Source: Clostridiaceae bacterium (GTDB lineage: Bacteria > Bacillota > Clostridia > TANB77 > CAG-508). From it: a DNA stretch of 64,000 nt. A program made the translations under genes and the position numbers. Below are positions 30,585 through 40,536 of this stretch, in pieces (within the stretch, counting starts at the first letter, position 1; each line of letters begins with the position of its first letter). The notes under the pieces were generated by a model. That model was not told the origin of the DNA. It saw nothing but the letters and a program-made list of their open reading frames with translations, and ran no database searches. Where the stretch lies: assembly GCA_021771025.1 (NCBI GenBank), contig JAETPW010000003.1:8279-72278 (forward strand). Reading direction: 5' to 3'.

Positions 30585-32582
30585 ATGGAAGATTTAGTAG
30601 AAAGCATATTAGACTATGTAAGATCAGATTATACCGATTATGCAGTCATGATCAATGGTGAATGGGGATCTGGAAAAACTCATTTTTGGAACAATAAAAT
30701 TCGCAAAAAAATCGAATCCATGCAACTCAATGGCAAACGTTACACCACCATTTATATGTCGCTTTATGGAATTTCTAATTTAGAGGAAATCAGTAAAAAG
30801 ATTTTCATTGAAACAACACAATTGATGGACAAAAATTTAAGAAAATTCATGGATGCCAATGGGCAAACAACGATTCCTGAATATGCAAAAACAGGATTAG
30901 ATATGGCCAACTTTTTTGGTGTTACCCAAAATGGCGATAAAATCGATTATGCCGACTTTTTCTCCACAGATGATAAAGTATTATGCTTTGATGATTTAGA
31001 GAGGGCAAATGTTGATGTAATAGATATTTTAGGGTATATTAATAATTTCGTAGAACATGATCACATCAAAACCATTATCATTTGTAATGAAAAAGAATTA
31101 TCCACTAAATTAAAAAGTTCCAATCTAGAAATGAAAACCTTTATTGCTACGTATTTGCTAGATAAACAAGGAGAACTAAATAAAAGCGATAAACCAATGG
31201 TAGAAAAAATACAAAGCAAAATAGAGCACGTATTTGATAAAGCCAATGACTACGAAAGAATCAAAGAAAAATTAATCGGGGAAACATTTGAATATGCTCC
31301 CAAATTTGATTACATCATTAATGGAATATTAATGAGATATGAAAATGATCCAGAATTAATCCGTTTTCTCCGCGAAAATACAGGACTTATCATATCTACC
31401 TTTGAACGAAGTGGAACAAGAAACTTAAGAATTCTAAAACACGCCTTAAATGACTTTAAAAAGATTTTTGAAATGGTAAACAAAAGTTACCCAAATACCA
31501 GTCATCGAGTTATGCAAACCATGTTAATCTTTACCATTGCCATTTCCTTTGAAATCAAAGCAGGAAAAGTAACTAAAGATAAATTCATTAACATTGATGA
31601 CAACGAAGAATACCGATCAATTTTGGTATCTTCCCGTATATTAATGGATAATCGCCAGTTCTACATCAAAGAATTCGACAGTAACTATTATTACAACTTT
31701 AAAGCAGAATATCGATTCTTCAAATTTATTGAATATTACATCAGAACCAGAATCTTTGATATGAAAATCTTTAAACATGATATGGAAACCATTAGAAATA
31801 CCATCGACACAGAAAATCTACCGGGCTACAAACGCTTACTAACCGAAGAATACTGGAAAATTTCAGACGACGAATTCGATGGGGTAATCAGGTCAGTTGT
31901 TGAAGACGTAAAACAAGGCGAACTAGCCCTAATCGATATGGTCAAAATCTATGCTTATTTTAGTTATTTTTCCAAGAAAAATTTAATTGATTATGATAGT
32001 AAAACCATAAAAAGCATTTTCTTTAATGGAATGAACTTAGCCTCATTAAAATCAGAATATTGTCCAAATGTAGAAGAAGAACTAGGAAAAATTGCTTTAG
32101 AAGAGTTCACAGAAGATATGGAAGAAATCTTAAAACATTTCCATACCTTAAATAATCAATTATTAGATAAAATGTATCGTGAACAAGCAGAAGAAATTTT
32201 CAAATGTATCCCAATGAAAATGGAACAGTTCTATGAAAAATTTGATAAACAATGTATGAATGTACCAATCTTTAAATATTACGATCCATACCAATTGTTC
32301 CAAAGAATTTCTTGTGCAAGCAATGAAGATATTGTTTTAATTAAAGAAAAATTAGTCAATCGTGCAGACAAAAATCCAAAACAAATTGAAGCGGAAATGA
32401 AAAATATTAAATTATTAAAACAAATTTTAGATGATTACTTAAAAGAAAAAGAAACTACCATCAAAATTGTCATGTTAAAAGAATTCTCGAGAGAATTAGG
32501 TTATATTTTAGGAAAATATAAACCAACCTTTTTGCCTAGAAAAGAAGATAAAGAAGAAGTAAACGAAACAGTAGAAGGGTAA
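30585..32582 (+). CDS. KAP-family P-loop NTPase, 665 aa, solitary
   Basis: Walker A NGEWGSGKTHF, Walker B region LCFDDLERA, and a long helical C-terminal region typical of KAP NTPases. Confidence 0.7.
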   Translation: MEDLVESILDYVRSDYTDYAVMINGEWGSGKTHFWNNKIRKKIESMQLNGKRYTTIYMSLYGISNLEEISKKIFIETTQLMDKNLRKFMDANGQTTIPEYAKTGLDMANFFGVTQNGDKIDYADFFSTDDKVLCFDDLERANVDVIDILGYINNFVEHDHIKTIIICNEKELSTKLKSSNLEMKTFIATYLLDKQGELNKSDKPMVEKIQSKIEHVFDKANDYERIKEKLIGETFEYAPKFDYIINGILMRYENDPELIRFLRENTGLIISTFERSGTRNLRILKHALNDFKKIFEMVNKSYPNTSHRVMQTMLIFTIAISFEIKAGKVTKDKFINIDDNEEYRSILVSSRILMDNRQFYIKEFDSNYYYNFKAEYRFFKFIEYYIRTRIFDMKIFKHDMETIRNTIDTENLPGYKRLLTEEYWKISDDEFDGVIRSVVEDVKQGELALIDMVKIYAYFSYFSKKNLIDYDSKTIKSIFFNGMNLASLKSEYCPNVEEELGKIALEEFTEDMEEILKHFHTLNNQLLDKMYREQAEEIFKCIPMKMEQFYEKFDKQCMNVPIFKYYDPYQLFQRISCASNEDIVLIKEKLVNRADKNPKQIEAEMKNIKLLKQILDDYLKEKETTIKIVMLKEFSRELGYILGKYKPTFLPRKEDKEEVNETVEG

Positions 32583-32711
32583 AAAGATTAAACACAAGGA
32601 AATCATTTTTCATGAACCAAAAAACAAATGATAAAAACAAAAAATTAATGTATAATTTTTTCCTCAATTGTCATAATAAGAGTAGACATAAATTTTAAAA
32701 GGAGGAAAAAT

Positions 32712-33266
32712 ATGAAAGCAACCGGAGTGGTAAGAAGAATAGATGATTTAGGAAGAGTAGTCATTCCTAAAGAAATAAGAAAAACATTAAGGATAAAAGA
32801 GGGAGACCCATTAGAAATATTTACCGATAGAGAAGGGCAAGTCATTTTGAAAAAATATTCTCCAATAGGTGAACTTTCAGAATTTGCTGCAGGTTATGCA
32901 GAAACATTATCGAAAACAACAGGGCACATTGCTTGTATTACAGACAAAGACACAATCATAGCCGTATCAGGAGGAGCTAAAAAAGAGTTTTTAGAGCAAG
33001 ATATTAGTCCAGAGTTAGAACGTTTAATGGAAGACAAAGAAATTTACACCAGCAAAGAAAATAGTGATGTATCTATGCCAATTACCAAAAATGATAATAA
33101 AGAAAGAAAATTCAATGCACAAGTAGTATACCCAATCATTTCTAACGGAGACACCATCGGAAGTGTTATTCTATTATCAAAAGATACCAATAACAAAATG
33201 AATGAAGTAGAAAAAAAGGTAGCTCAGTCTGCTGCTACATTTTTAGGAAGTCAAATGGAAATATAG
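32712..33266 (+). CDS. spoVT: Stage V sporulation protein T (AbrB-type N-terminal domain plus GAF-like domain)
   Basis: MKATGVVRRIDDLGRVVIPKEIRKTLRIKEGDPLEIF... matches the SpoVT N-terminus almost residue for residue; the length is right. Confidence 0.85.
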   Translation: MKATGVVRRIDDLGRVVIPKEIRKTLRIKEGDPLEIFTDREGQVILKKYSPIGELSEFAAGYAETLSKTTGHIACITDKDTIIAVSGGAKKEFLEQDISPELERLMEDKEIYTSKENSDVSMPITKNDNKERKFNAQVVYPIISNGDTIGSVILLSKDTNNKMNEVEKKVAQSAATFLGSQMEI

Positions 33267-33297
33267 GAAAATAAGCATTTAAACGATTAGCAAAAAG

Positions 33298-33330
33298 AAA
33301 AGACTAGGTCTGTACACCCTAGTCTTTTTA
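33298..33330 (+). terminator. Rho-independent terminator after spoVT
   Basis: AGACTAGG/CCTAGTCT stem followed by a T-run. Confidence 0.65.
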
Positions 33331-33866
33331 TATTTGCAATTAAAGAACTCTTTTGCAATTGCTAAATATATATTAGCATATATTTTATCATATGTCAAAT
33401 TGTAAAAAGAAGTAATATAGGGAGATTTCGCACTTTTTTTGCAGATAGCTATATGCTAGAAGTATTGAAAATACTGCATTGCGAAGAATAATGTAAAAAC
33501 AATCTTAAAAACCGTTGATTTTCCAAGAAAAAATTTTTGATTCGTTATTACTGATGGTTTTGTTCAAAATTTGACTTTTATCAAGATCTAGTGTATAATA
33601 ATACCAATGTTTGCCAAAAAGGCAAAGGATGAGATTTTGTTTAAAAACCTAAAAAAATGGGTAAAAGAAAAAGAGAAGCGGTTCGGAAACGGAAAAAGAT
33701 TAACCCAATAAAGATCAAACTATCCAAGAGAGGATAAAATGTGATCAATCATCACGTTATTTTGAAGTGCAAAAACAAATGAGAAGGGTAAAAACTACCC
33801 ATTATTTTTAGTGATTTTAATAAAATTGAAACAAGAGAATTTTAAGAAAGAGAAAGGAAGAAAATT

Positions 33867-35924
33867 ATGACACAAGAAAATAATCATCAAGAAGAAAGAA
33901 AAACAAATCAAACAACCGAAAGGAACGAAAGACCAAGAAGGCAAAGAACACCAAGAGAAACAGCACAAAATGAAGGAGAAACTACTCAGAGAACTACCCA
34001 AAGAACAACAAGAACCCAAAGACCAAGAAGAAACAGCTATACCAAAAACGAAACGATAGCTGATGCGAACACTACTGCACAAGTTAACCAAATAAAAGGA
34101 GCAGAGGAAGAAAAAACAGAAAATACAGTAGGAACCAGAAATAGAACTAGAACAAACAACAACAGAAGAACAAATGCAGAAAGAAATAGAGGAGAAAATC
34201 AAAGAGAAAATAACTACCGCAGTAATACCAATACAAGAGAGAAAAAAGACAACTCCTTATTCAAATCCTCTAAACTAAAAATCATTCCTTTAGGAGGACT
34301 TCACGAAGTAGGAAAAAACATTACCGTATTTGAATACGAAGACGAAATCATTATCGTAGACTGTGGACTATCTTTTCCAGAAGACGATATGTTAGGAATT
34401 GACCTAGTTATTCCTGATATTACCTATTTAATCAAAAATCAAGAAAAAATCAAAGGATTAGTCATTACCCATGGTCACGAAGACCATATAGGAAGTATTC
34501 CCTATTTCCTAAAACAAATTAATGTACCAATCTATGCCCCAAGGCTTGCGATTGGACTAATTAAAAACAAGTTAGAAGAACATAAACTATTAAGAAGTAC
34601 CAAATTAAACGAAATAGTCCCAGGGCAAACCATTAAATTTGGAAAAAACTTTACGGTAGAATTCATTAGAAGTACACACAGTATTCCAGACTCCATGATG
34701 TTATCCATCAAAACACCAATAGGAACCATTCTACACACAGGTGACTTTAAAGTAGATTATACGCCAATTGACGGAAAAGTAATGGACTTTGGGCGTATTG
34801 CAGAACTTGGAAATGAAGGAATTTTAGCCTTAATGTCAGACAGTACTAATGCAGAAAGAAAAGGATTTACCATGTCTGAAAGTTCAGTAGGAGAAGTATT
34901 TGACAAACTATTTATTCACTGTACCAAAAGAATTGTCGTAGCAACTTTTGCTTCTAACGTACACAGAGTACAACAAATTGTCAATTCAGCCATCAAATAT
35001 GGAAGAAAAGTAGCCGTTTGTGGTAGAAGTATGATCAACATGATTAACACAGCACGTGATTTAGGCTATATTGAATGTCCAGAAGATTTATTTATCGATA
35101 TTGACCAAATGTCAACCTATAATGATGAACAATTAGTCATTATCACAACAGGAAGTCAAGGAGAACCAATGTCAGCTTTAACTAGAATGGCAGCAGGAGA
35201 CCACAGAAAAGTAAAAATCACACAAAATGACTTAGTTATCATATCAGCGAACCCAATACCAGGAAATGAAAAATTGGTATCTAAAGTAATTGATGACTTA
35301 ATGCAAATTGGAGCAGAAGTAGTATATAGTGCCTTAGCAGATATTCACGTATCTGGGCATGCTTGCCAAGAAGAACAAAAACTAATTTTAGCGTTAACCA
35401 AGCCAAAATTCTTTATACCTGTCCACGGAGAATATAGACAATTAATGTCACATGCAGAAACAGCTCAAAACATGGGAATACCAAGAAAAAATATCATCTA
35501 TCTATCAAATGGTAGAGTATTAGAAATTGACCCAGAAGAAGCCAAATTAACAGGAAACGTACCAAGTGGAAGAGTGCTAGTAGATGGACTTGGTGTAGGA
35601 GACGTAGGAAATATTGTATTAAGAGATAGGCAACATTTATCACAAGATGGACTAATTGTTATAGTATTAACCATGGACTCAAATACCGGAGAAGTAGTAG
35701 CAGGACCAGATGTTATCTCAAGAGGATTCGTGTATGTAAGAGAATCCGAAAACCTAATGGATGAAGTAAAATCAGTGGTAAAACACGAAATCTCTAAATG
35801 TGAAGAAAGAGGAGTTCGTGATTGGGCAACGATTAAATCAACAGTGAGAGACAATTTAAGAGATTACTTATTTGTGAAAACAAAGAGGAATCCAATGATT
35901 ATTCCAATTATTATGGAAGTATAA
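33867..35924 (+). CDS. rnj: Ribonuclease J (metallo-beta-lactamase/beta-CASP) with an N-terminal low-complexity extension of about 125 aa rich in Arg, Thr, Asn and Gln
   Basis: HGHEDHIG motif and the RNase J core starting at KLKIIPLGGLHEVGKN; the extension has no internal Met, so the ATG at 33867 with an AAAGGAAG RBS is the only start. Confidence 0.85.
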   Translation: MTQENNHQEERKTNQTTERNERPRRQRTPRETAQNEGETTQRTTQRTTRTQRPRRNSYTKNETIADANTTAQVNQIKGAEEEKTENTVGTRNRTRTNNNRRTNAERNRGENQRENNYRSNTNTREKKDNSLFKSSKLKIIPLGGLHEVGKNITVFEYEDEIIIVDCGLSFPEDDMLGIDLVIPDITYLIKNQEKIKGLVITHGHEDHIGSIPYFLKQINVPIYAPRLAIGLIKNKLEEHKLLRSTKLNEIVPGQTIKFGKNFTVEFIRSTHSIPDSMMLSIKTPIGTILHTGDFKVDYTPIDGKVMDFGRIAELGNEGILALMSDSTNAERKGFTMSESSVGEVFDKLFIHCTKRIVVATFASNVHRVQQIVNSAIKYGRKVAVCGRSMINMINTARDLGYIECPEDLFIDIDQMSTYNDEQLVIITTGSQGEPMSALTRMAAGDHRKVKITQNDLVIISANPIPGNEKLVSKVIDDLMQIGAEVVYSALADIHVSGHACQEEQKLILALTKPKFFIPVHGEYRQLMSHAETAQNMGIPRKNIIYLSNGRVLEIDPEEAKLTGNVPSGRVLVDGLGVGDVGNIVLRDRQHLSQDGLIVIVLTMDSNTGEVVAGPDVISRGFVYVRESENLMDEVKSVVKHEISKCEERGVRDWATIKSTVRDNLRDYLFVKTKRNPMIIPIIMEV

Positions 35925-35953
35925 AAGAAGAAAGGTAAACTTTCTTCTTTTAT
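35925..35953 (+). terminator. Terminator hairpin after rnj
   Basis: AAGAAGAAAG/CTTTCTTCTT 10-bp stem followed by a T-rich tail. Confidence 0.5.
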
Positions 35954-36111
35954 GACATAGAAAAGTTATGATGTCTTAGGGGCATAAGTCTAATTTTTTT
36001 ATGTTACTCTAAATAAACACACATAAGCAAATAAAAAAATTGAAAAAATTGCATGTTAGTAAAAAATATAAATTAGAAGAAAGGAGATTGTGTTAGTATT
36101 AAACTTAACAC

Positions 36112-36786
36112 ATGCAGAAAATAATGGAAGAAGTGAATCTAAAGGAAATAGCAAAAGAATTTCAAGAAGGAAAAACATTAGAACAATTAGAAGAAAAATA
36201 TAGAGTAAGTAAAAATAAATTAGCAATTCTGTTACCTAACTATTTCGCAATGAAAAGTGAAGATTTATCAGATATAGAAACATTTAAAAAAGAATATGAA
36301 TCTAGTGAAGGAAGAGATAAGAAAGTTAGAGTAGCTAAAAAATACGGTCTTACCATACGACAAGCATCTATGTTAATTAGACAAGTTAACTATAAGACAC
36401 CAAAATCAGGAGAAAGCAAAAAAAGAAAGTTAGACGAAAGATTATCAAGGGATCGACTAAATCCAGTATCTCAAAAAATAATGAGTGAATATGAAGATGG
36501 ATATACTCCAGAAGAAATTTTAATGTTACATGATGATCTGTCAATAGTATCGATAAGACAGAAATTAAGATATGGATATCAGGCAATAGGGCAAACAATG
36601 AAAAGACAATTGAAAAAAGAGATAGTCGAAAATAATATTCAACATTTTTTAAGAGAAGGAAGAACATTAGAACAAATATACACTTCATTACAAGAAACAG
36701 GAAGAATTATTCCCAAAACAATAAAAGAGAAATATTTTCAAGAAATAATACAAGCCCAAGCAAAAAGTGATGAGTTGGAAATATAA
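36112..36786 (+). CDS. Hypothetical protein built from four tandem HTH-like repeats of about 45 aa
   Basis: Internal repeats such as IAKEFQEGKTLEQLEEKYRVSKNKLAILL, VAKKYGLTIRQASMLIRQ, EDGYTPEEILMLHDDLSIVSIRQKLR and LREGRTLEQIYTSLQETGRII. Confidence 0.4.
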   Translation: MQKIMEEVNLKEIAKEFQEGKTLEQLEEKYRVSKNKLAILLPNYFAMKSEDLSDIETFKKEYESSEGRDKKVRVAKKYGLTIRQASMLIRQVNYKTPKSGESKKRKLDERLSRDRLNPVSQKIMSEYEDGYTPEEILMLHDDLSIVSIRQKLRYGYQAIGQTMKRQLKKEIVENNIQHFLREGRTLEQIYTSLQETGRIIPKTIKEKYFQEIIQAQAKSDELEI

Positions 36787-36858
36787 TTACCTTGATTTTA
36801 GGCAGAAAATATAGTAAAATAAGTCTATCCATAGAAAATAGAAGTAGGAGGAAGCCAA

Positions 36859-38520
36859 ATGAATTACCAAGAATTAGCCAACCTAATATTCCCAGAAGCA
36901 AAAGACATTAGTTATTACGAAGAAAAATACCCAGAAAGAAACCTACCAGAAGGAGCCATCGTTACTAGAATAGCTCCAAGCCCAACAGGGTTTAGCCACA
37001 TAGGAGGCTTATACCAAGGGCTAATTGCTCGTAAATTAGCTGATCAAACCAAAGGCGTATTTTTCTTAAGAATAGAAGACACAGACCAAAAAAGAGAAGT
37101 AAAAAATGGAACCAGCGAAATTGTAGAATCATTAACCAACTTTGGAGTAGCACCAGACGAAGGAATGATCAGTGAAACAGAAAGCAAAGGAGAGTATGGT
37201 CCATACAAACAATCAGAAAGAAAAGAAATCTATCAAGCTTATGCCAAATATGCCATTGCTCAAGGGAAAGCTTATCCTTGTTTTTGTACACCAGAAGAAA
37301 CAGAAGAAATCAGAAATAAACAAGAAGTAGCCAAAATCAGACCAGGATATTATGGCATTTGGGCAAAATGCAGAAACTTAACCCTAGAAGAAATGGCAGA
37401 AAAAATTAAAGCAGGAGAAAAGTATATCATCCGTTTTAAATCACCAGGAAGAGAAGATCGAAAAATTCAACACAAAGATATCATTAAAGGTAAAGTAGAC
37501 TTCCCAGAAAATGATCAAGACATCGTCATCATCAAAGCAGATGGCTTGCCAACTTATCACTTTGCCCACATTGTGGATGATCATTTAATGAGAACCACTC
37601 ACGTTATCCGTGGAGATGAATGGCTATCCTCTGTACCTTTGCATTTACAATTATTCCATGAAATGGGATTCAAAGCACCTAAATATGCTCATATTGCTCC
37701 TATCATGAAAAACGATAACGGAAATAAACGTAAATTAAGTAAGCGAAAAGATCCAGAGGCAGCAGTAAGATATTATGCAGAAATGGGAATTCCACCAGAA
37801 GCGGTAAAAGAATACTTATTAAATATTGCTAACTCAACCTTTGAAAACTGGAGAAGAGCAAACCCAGACAAATCAAGTGATGAATTCGAATTAACCTTAA
37901 CCAAAATGAGCGTAAGTGGAGCCTTATTTGATATGGTAAAACTATTAGATGTAGCCAAAACCGTTATTTCCAAAATGACAGCAGAAGACATCTATCAAGA
38001 AACCGTAGCATGGGCTAAAATTCACGATCTCAGCTTAGTAGAATTACTAGCAGATAAAGAATATGCTCTACAAATTTTTGGGATAGAACGTGGAAACAAA
38101 AAACCAAGAAAAGACATCAGCAAATGGTCAGACGTAAAAGAAAATATTGACTATATGTATGATGAACTATTTGAACAAAACCAAGACGAATATCCTTTGC
38201 AAGTCATTCAAGACCCGGAAAAGATCAGTCAAATTTTACGTTTATATGAAGAAAAATATTATGACGAAAATGACGACAAACAAACTTGGTTTAACAAAAT
38301 CAAAGCATTAGCAGGAGAAATGGGATATGCTGAAGAAGTAAAAGAATTCAAAGCAAATCCAGAAAAATACGAAGCACACGTAGGCGATGTAAGTACAGTA
38401 TTGCGTGTAGCCTTAACCAAACGAATCAATACACCAGATATGTATGAAATTATGCAGGTGTTAGGAAAAGAAAGAATCATGAACCGATTTAAGCAAGCAA
38501 TGAAAAAAGTGTCCAATTAG
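36859..38520 (+). CDS. gltX: Glutamyl-tRNA synthetase
   Basis: HIGH-type motif APSPTGFSHIGG, RIEDTD, KLSKRK. Confidence 0.85.
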   Translation: MNYQELANLIFPEAKDISYYEEKYPERNLPEGAIVTRIAPSPTGFSHIGGLYQGLIARKLADQTKGVFFLRIEDTDQKREVKNGTSEIVESLTNFGVAPDEGMISETESKGEYGPYKQSERKEIYQAYAKYAIAQGKAYPCFCTPEETEEIRNKQEVAKIRPGYYGIWAKCRNLTLEEMAEKIKAGEKYIIRFKSPGREDRKIQHKDIIKGKVDFPENDQDIVIIKADGLPTYHFAHIVDDHLMRTTHVIRGDEWLSSVPLHLQLFHEMGFKAPKYAHIAPIMKNDNGNKRKLSKRKDPEAAVRYYAEMGIPPEAVKEYLLNIANSTFENWRRANPDKSSDEFELTLTKMSVSGALFDMVKLLDVAKTVISKMTAEDIYQETVAWAKIHDLSLVELLADKEYALQIFGIERGNKKPRKDISKWSDVKENIDYMYDELFEQNQDEYPLQVIQDPEKISQILRLYEEKYYDENDDKQTWFNKIKALAGEMGYAEEVKEFKANPEKYEAHVGDVSTVLRVALTKRINTPDMYEIMQVLGKERIMNRFKQAMKKVSN

Positions 38521-38693
38521 GGACATTTCTGTTTGGGACATTTCTGTGTATATACAATTAAAGACGAGTACATTGAAGGCAAGAAATGCCCCCAATGTAC
38601 TCTTCCAATTTAACAAAAAGAAGAGGATTACCATTAATTAACCATGAGAACTAGATAAAACTGAAGTCAAAATTGGACGAAAAGGAGGACATT

Positions 38694-38891
38694 ATGCTAT
38701 ATGAAGTAGGAGATATTGTCAGAACCAAAAAAACACACCCTTGTGGAAGCAAACTATGGGAACTAACAAGAGTAGGAGTTGACTTTAAATTGAAATGCCA
38801 AGGGTGTGGGCATATCATCGTATTGGAACGAGAAAAAGCAAAAAAAATCATCACAAAAATAGAGAAAAAGGTAGCAAAAGAGGAAGAATAA
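38694..38891 (+). CDS. Small zinc-ribbon protein (DUF951-like)
   Basis: CGSKLWELTRVGVDFKLKCQGCGH; AAAAGGAGG RBS. Confidence 0.55.
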   Translation: MLYEVGDIVRTKKTHPCGSKLWELTRVGVDFKLKCQGCGHIIVLEREKAKKIITKIEKKVAKEEE

Positions 38892-38956
38892 AAGATATTG
38901 CTAAAAAATTTTTTTAGTATAATATAGTTACAGTAAATACGAAGGAGATAAAAACC

Positions 38957-39433
38957 ATGGAATTGAACTATAAAAAAGCAGAATTAAGCGATATAGACGA
39001 AATAGTAGAGTTAAAAATCAAACAAAATAAAGATATTTGCCAGCAAGACAAAATACCATTTGAGCAGGAAGAGATAACAAGAGAAAGCATTAAAAAAATC
39101 TTATTACAAGAATTAAATAAAACCATTCATTTTTTTATAGCCATAGATAAAAATGAAAATAAAGCAGTTGCTTGTAGTGGAGTAGTTATCTACCAAATGG
39201 TTCCTTCTAGTATATTTCTGAATGGGCTAAAAACCTATGTAACGAGTGTTTATACAGAAGATAATTATCGATGCAAGGGAATACAAAACAAATTAATGGA
39301 AATGATTTTAGAATTTCTGAAAAAGAAGGAATGTACAGAAGTAGAACTTGATGCAGATAATCCGTATGCCGTAAAATTATATGAAAAGTTTGGATTTAAA
39401 AAATATGATATTAAATATCGATTAGATTTATAG
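38957..39433 (+). CDS. GNAT family N-acetyltransferase
   Basis: About 158 aa; the C-terminal pattern ...RCKGIQNKLMEMILEFLKKKECTEVELDADNPYAVKLYEKFGF is typical of a GNAT acetyl-CoA-binding region. Confidence 0.65.
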   Translation: MELNYKKAELSDIDEIVELKIKQNKDICQQDKIPFEQEEITRESIKKILLQELNKTIHFFIAIDKNENKAVACSGVVIYQMVPSSIFLNGLKTYVTSVYTEDNYRCKGIQNKLMEMILEFLKKKECTEVELDADNPYAVKLYEKFGFKKYDIKYRLDL

Positions 39434-39534
39434 GATAAAACATTTTCTATTTTCCATTTTTCTATCACAAATGGCAAAATTCGACATAAGATATACTATA
39501 GTATCAAAGAGGTACTATATTGGAGGTGACTGAT

Positions 39535-39825
39535 ATGGAACCACAAGAAAACGTATATTGTTATGACAACCAAAATAAGCCATGCAAAGAATGTTGTAGA
39601 AAAATAAAATGTTTAGGTGTAGTTGCTTCTATTTTAGCAGTTGCATTATCTTTTGTCCTTGGATTATTAATTGGTGCAGCATTAAGTGCAGCCATTTTAG
39701 CGGCTTTACCAGCAATCATAGTATTAGCAGTTATTTTAGGATTACTTCTTATTTTAACTCTTATTCTTATGGGCTGTAATGCTTGTAAAAAAGAGAAAAA
39801 ATGTTGTTGTTGTAAATGTAAATAA
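39535..39825 (+). CDS. Small membrane protein with cysteine clusters at both ends of a single long hydrophobic segment
   Basis: N-terminus CYDNQNKPCKECCRKIKC, about 55 hydrophobic residues, C-terminus CNACKKEKKCCCCKCK; GGAGGTG RBS. Confidence 0.5.
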   Translation: MEPQENVYCYDNQNKPCKECCRKIKCLGVVASILAVALSFVLGLLIGAALSAAILAALPAIIVLAVILGLLLILTLILMGCNACKKEKKCCCCKCK

Positions 39826-39853
39826 ACAATCATAAAACAAGAGGAAATTTTCC

Positions 39854-40450
39854 TTAAAGGGAAATTTCCTCTTTTATGATGTTCCATACTTGATCCTGAT
39901 AAATTTTTCGTTCAGCAGAAAAAGGTAAAGTAGGAATATCGCCAATAGGATTCAAAATAGACTGAATTTGTTTTGTGGCTTCATCTACTTTCGTAATAGC
40001 TATTTTATCCGCTTTATTGGCTAAAATTAAACAAGGTAAACCAGAACGAATGATATAATCATACATCAAACGATCATTAGCGGATGGGCTATGGCGAATA
40101 TCCACCAAAAAAATAACTAAGGCAATCTCTTTACGAGAAAATAGATATTCCTCAATGAAAGAGCCAACTTGTTCTTGCTCTTTTTTGGACATTTTGCTAA
40201 ATCCATAACCGGGAAGATCAACAAAATAAAATAAATCATCCATACGATAAAAATTAAGTTGACGCGTTTTCCCCGGTTCACTACTGGTTCTTGCCAATTT
40301 TTTGCGGTTAATCATGGTATTGATAAAACTAGACTTTCCGACATTGGATTTGCCCACTAAAACAATTTCAGGAAGACCTGTTTTCGGGTATTGTTTTGGG
40401 CTAACTGCTGAGATTTCAAATTTTGGTTCTTTAATATTCATGGTTCTCAC
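39854..40450 (-). CDS. engB: Ribosome biogenesis GTPase YihA/EngB
   Basis: G1 motif GKSNVGKSSFIN and G3 DLPGYG. Confidence 0.85.
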   Translation of the reverse strand: MRTMNIKEPKFEISAVSPKQYPKTGLPEIVLVGKSNVGKSSFINTMINRKKLARTSSEPGKTRQLNFYRMDDLFYFVDLPGYGFSKMSKKEQEQVGSFIEEYLFSRKEIALVIFLVDIRHSPSANDRLMYDYIIRSGLPCLILANKADKIAITKVDEATKQIQSILNPIGDIPTLPFSAERKIYQDQVWNIIKEEISL

Positions 40451-40536
40451 TATAGGTTAGTTTTCAAAGCTAACCTAATTCCTTTCTCAAATTGATAAAC
40501 TAGTATAAAAGTGAGTTTATCTTCAATTTTTTATGA

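Noticed and set aside
30585-33266. KAP NTPase plus neighbours as a multi-gene defence system
   Set aside because: The neighbours are tyrS (T-box regulated) and spoVT, both housekeeping or developmental. No nuclease, methylase or other effector partner lies within 5 kb. Only the single gene is unusual.
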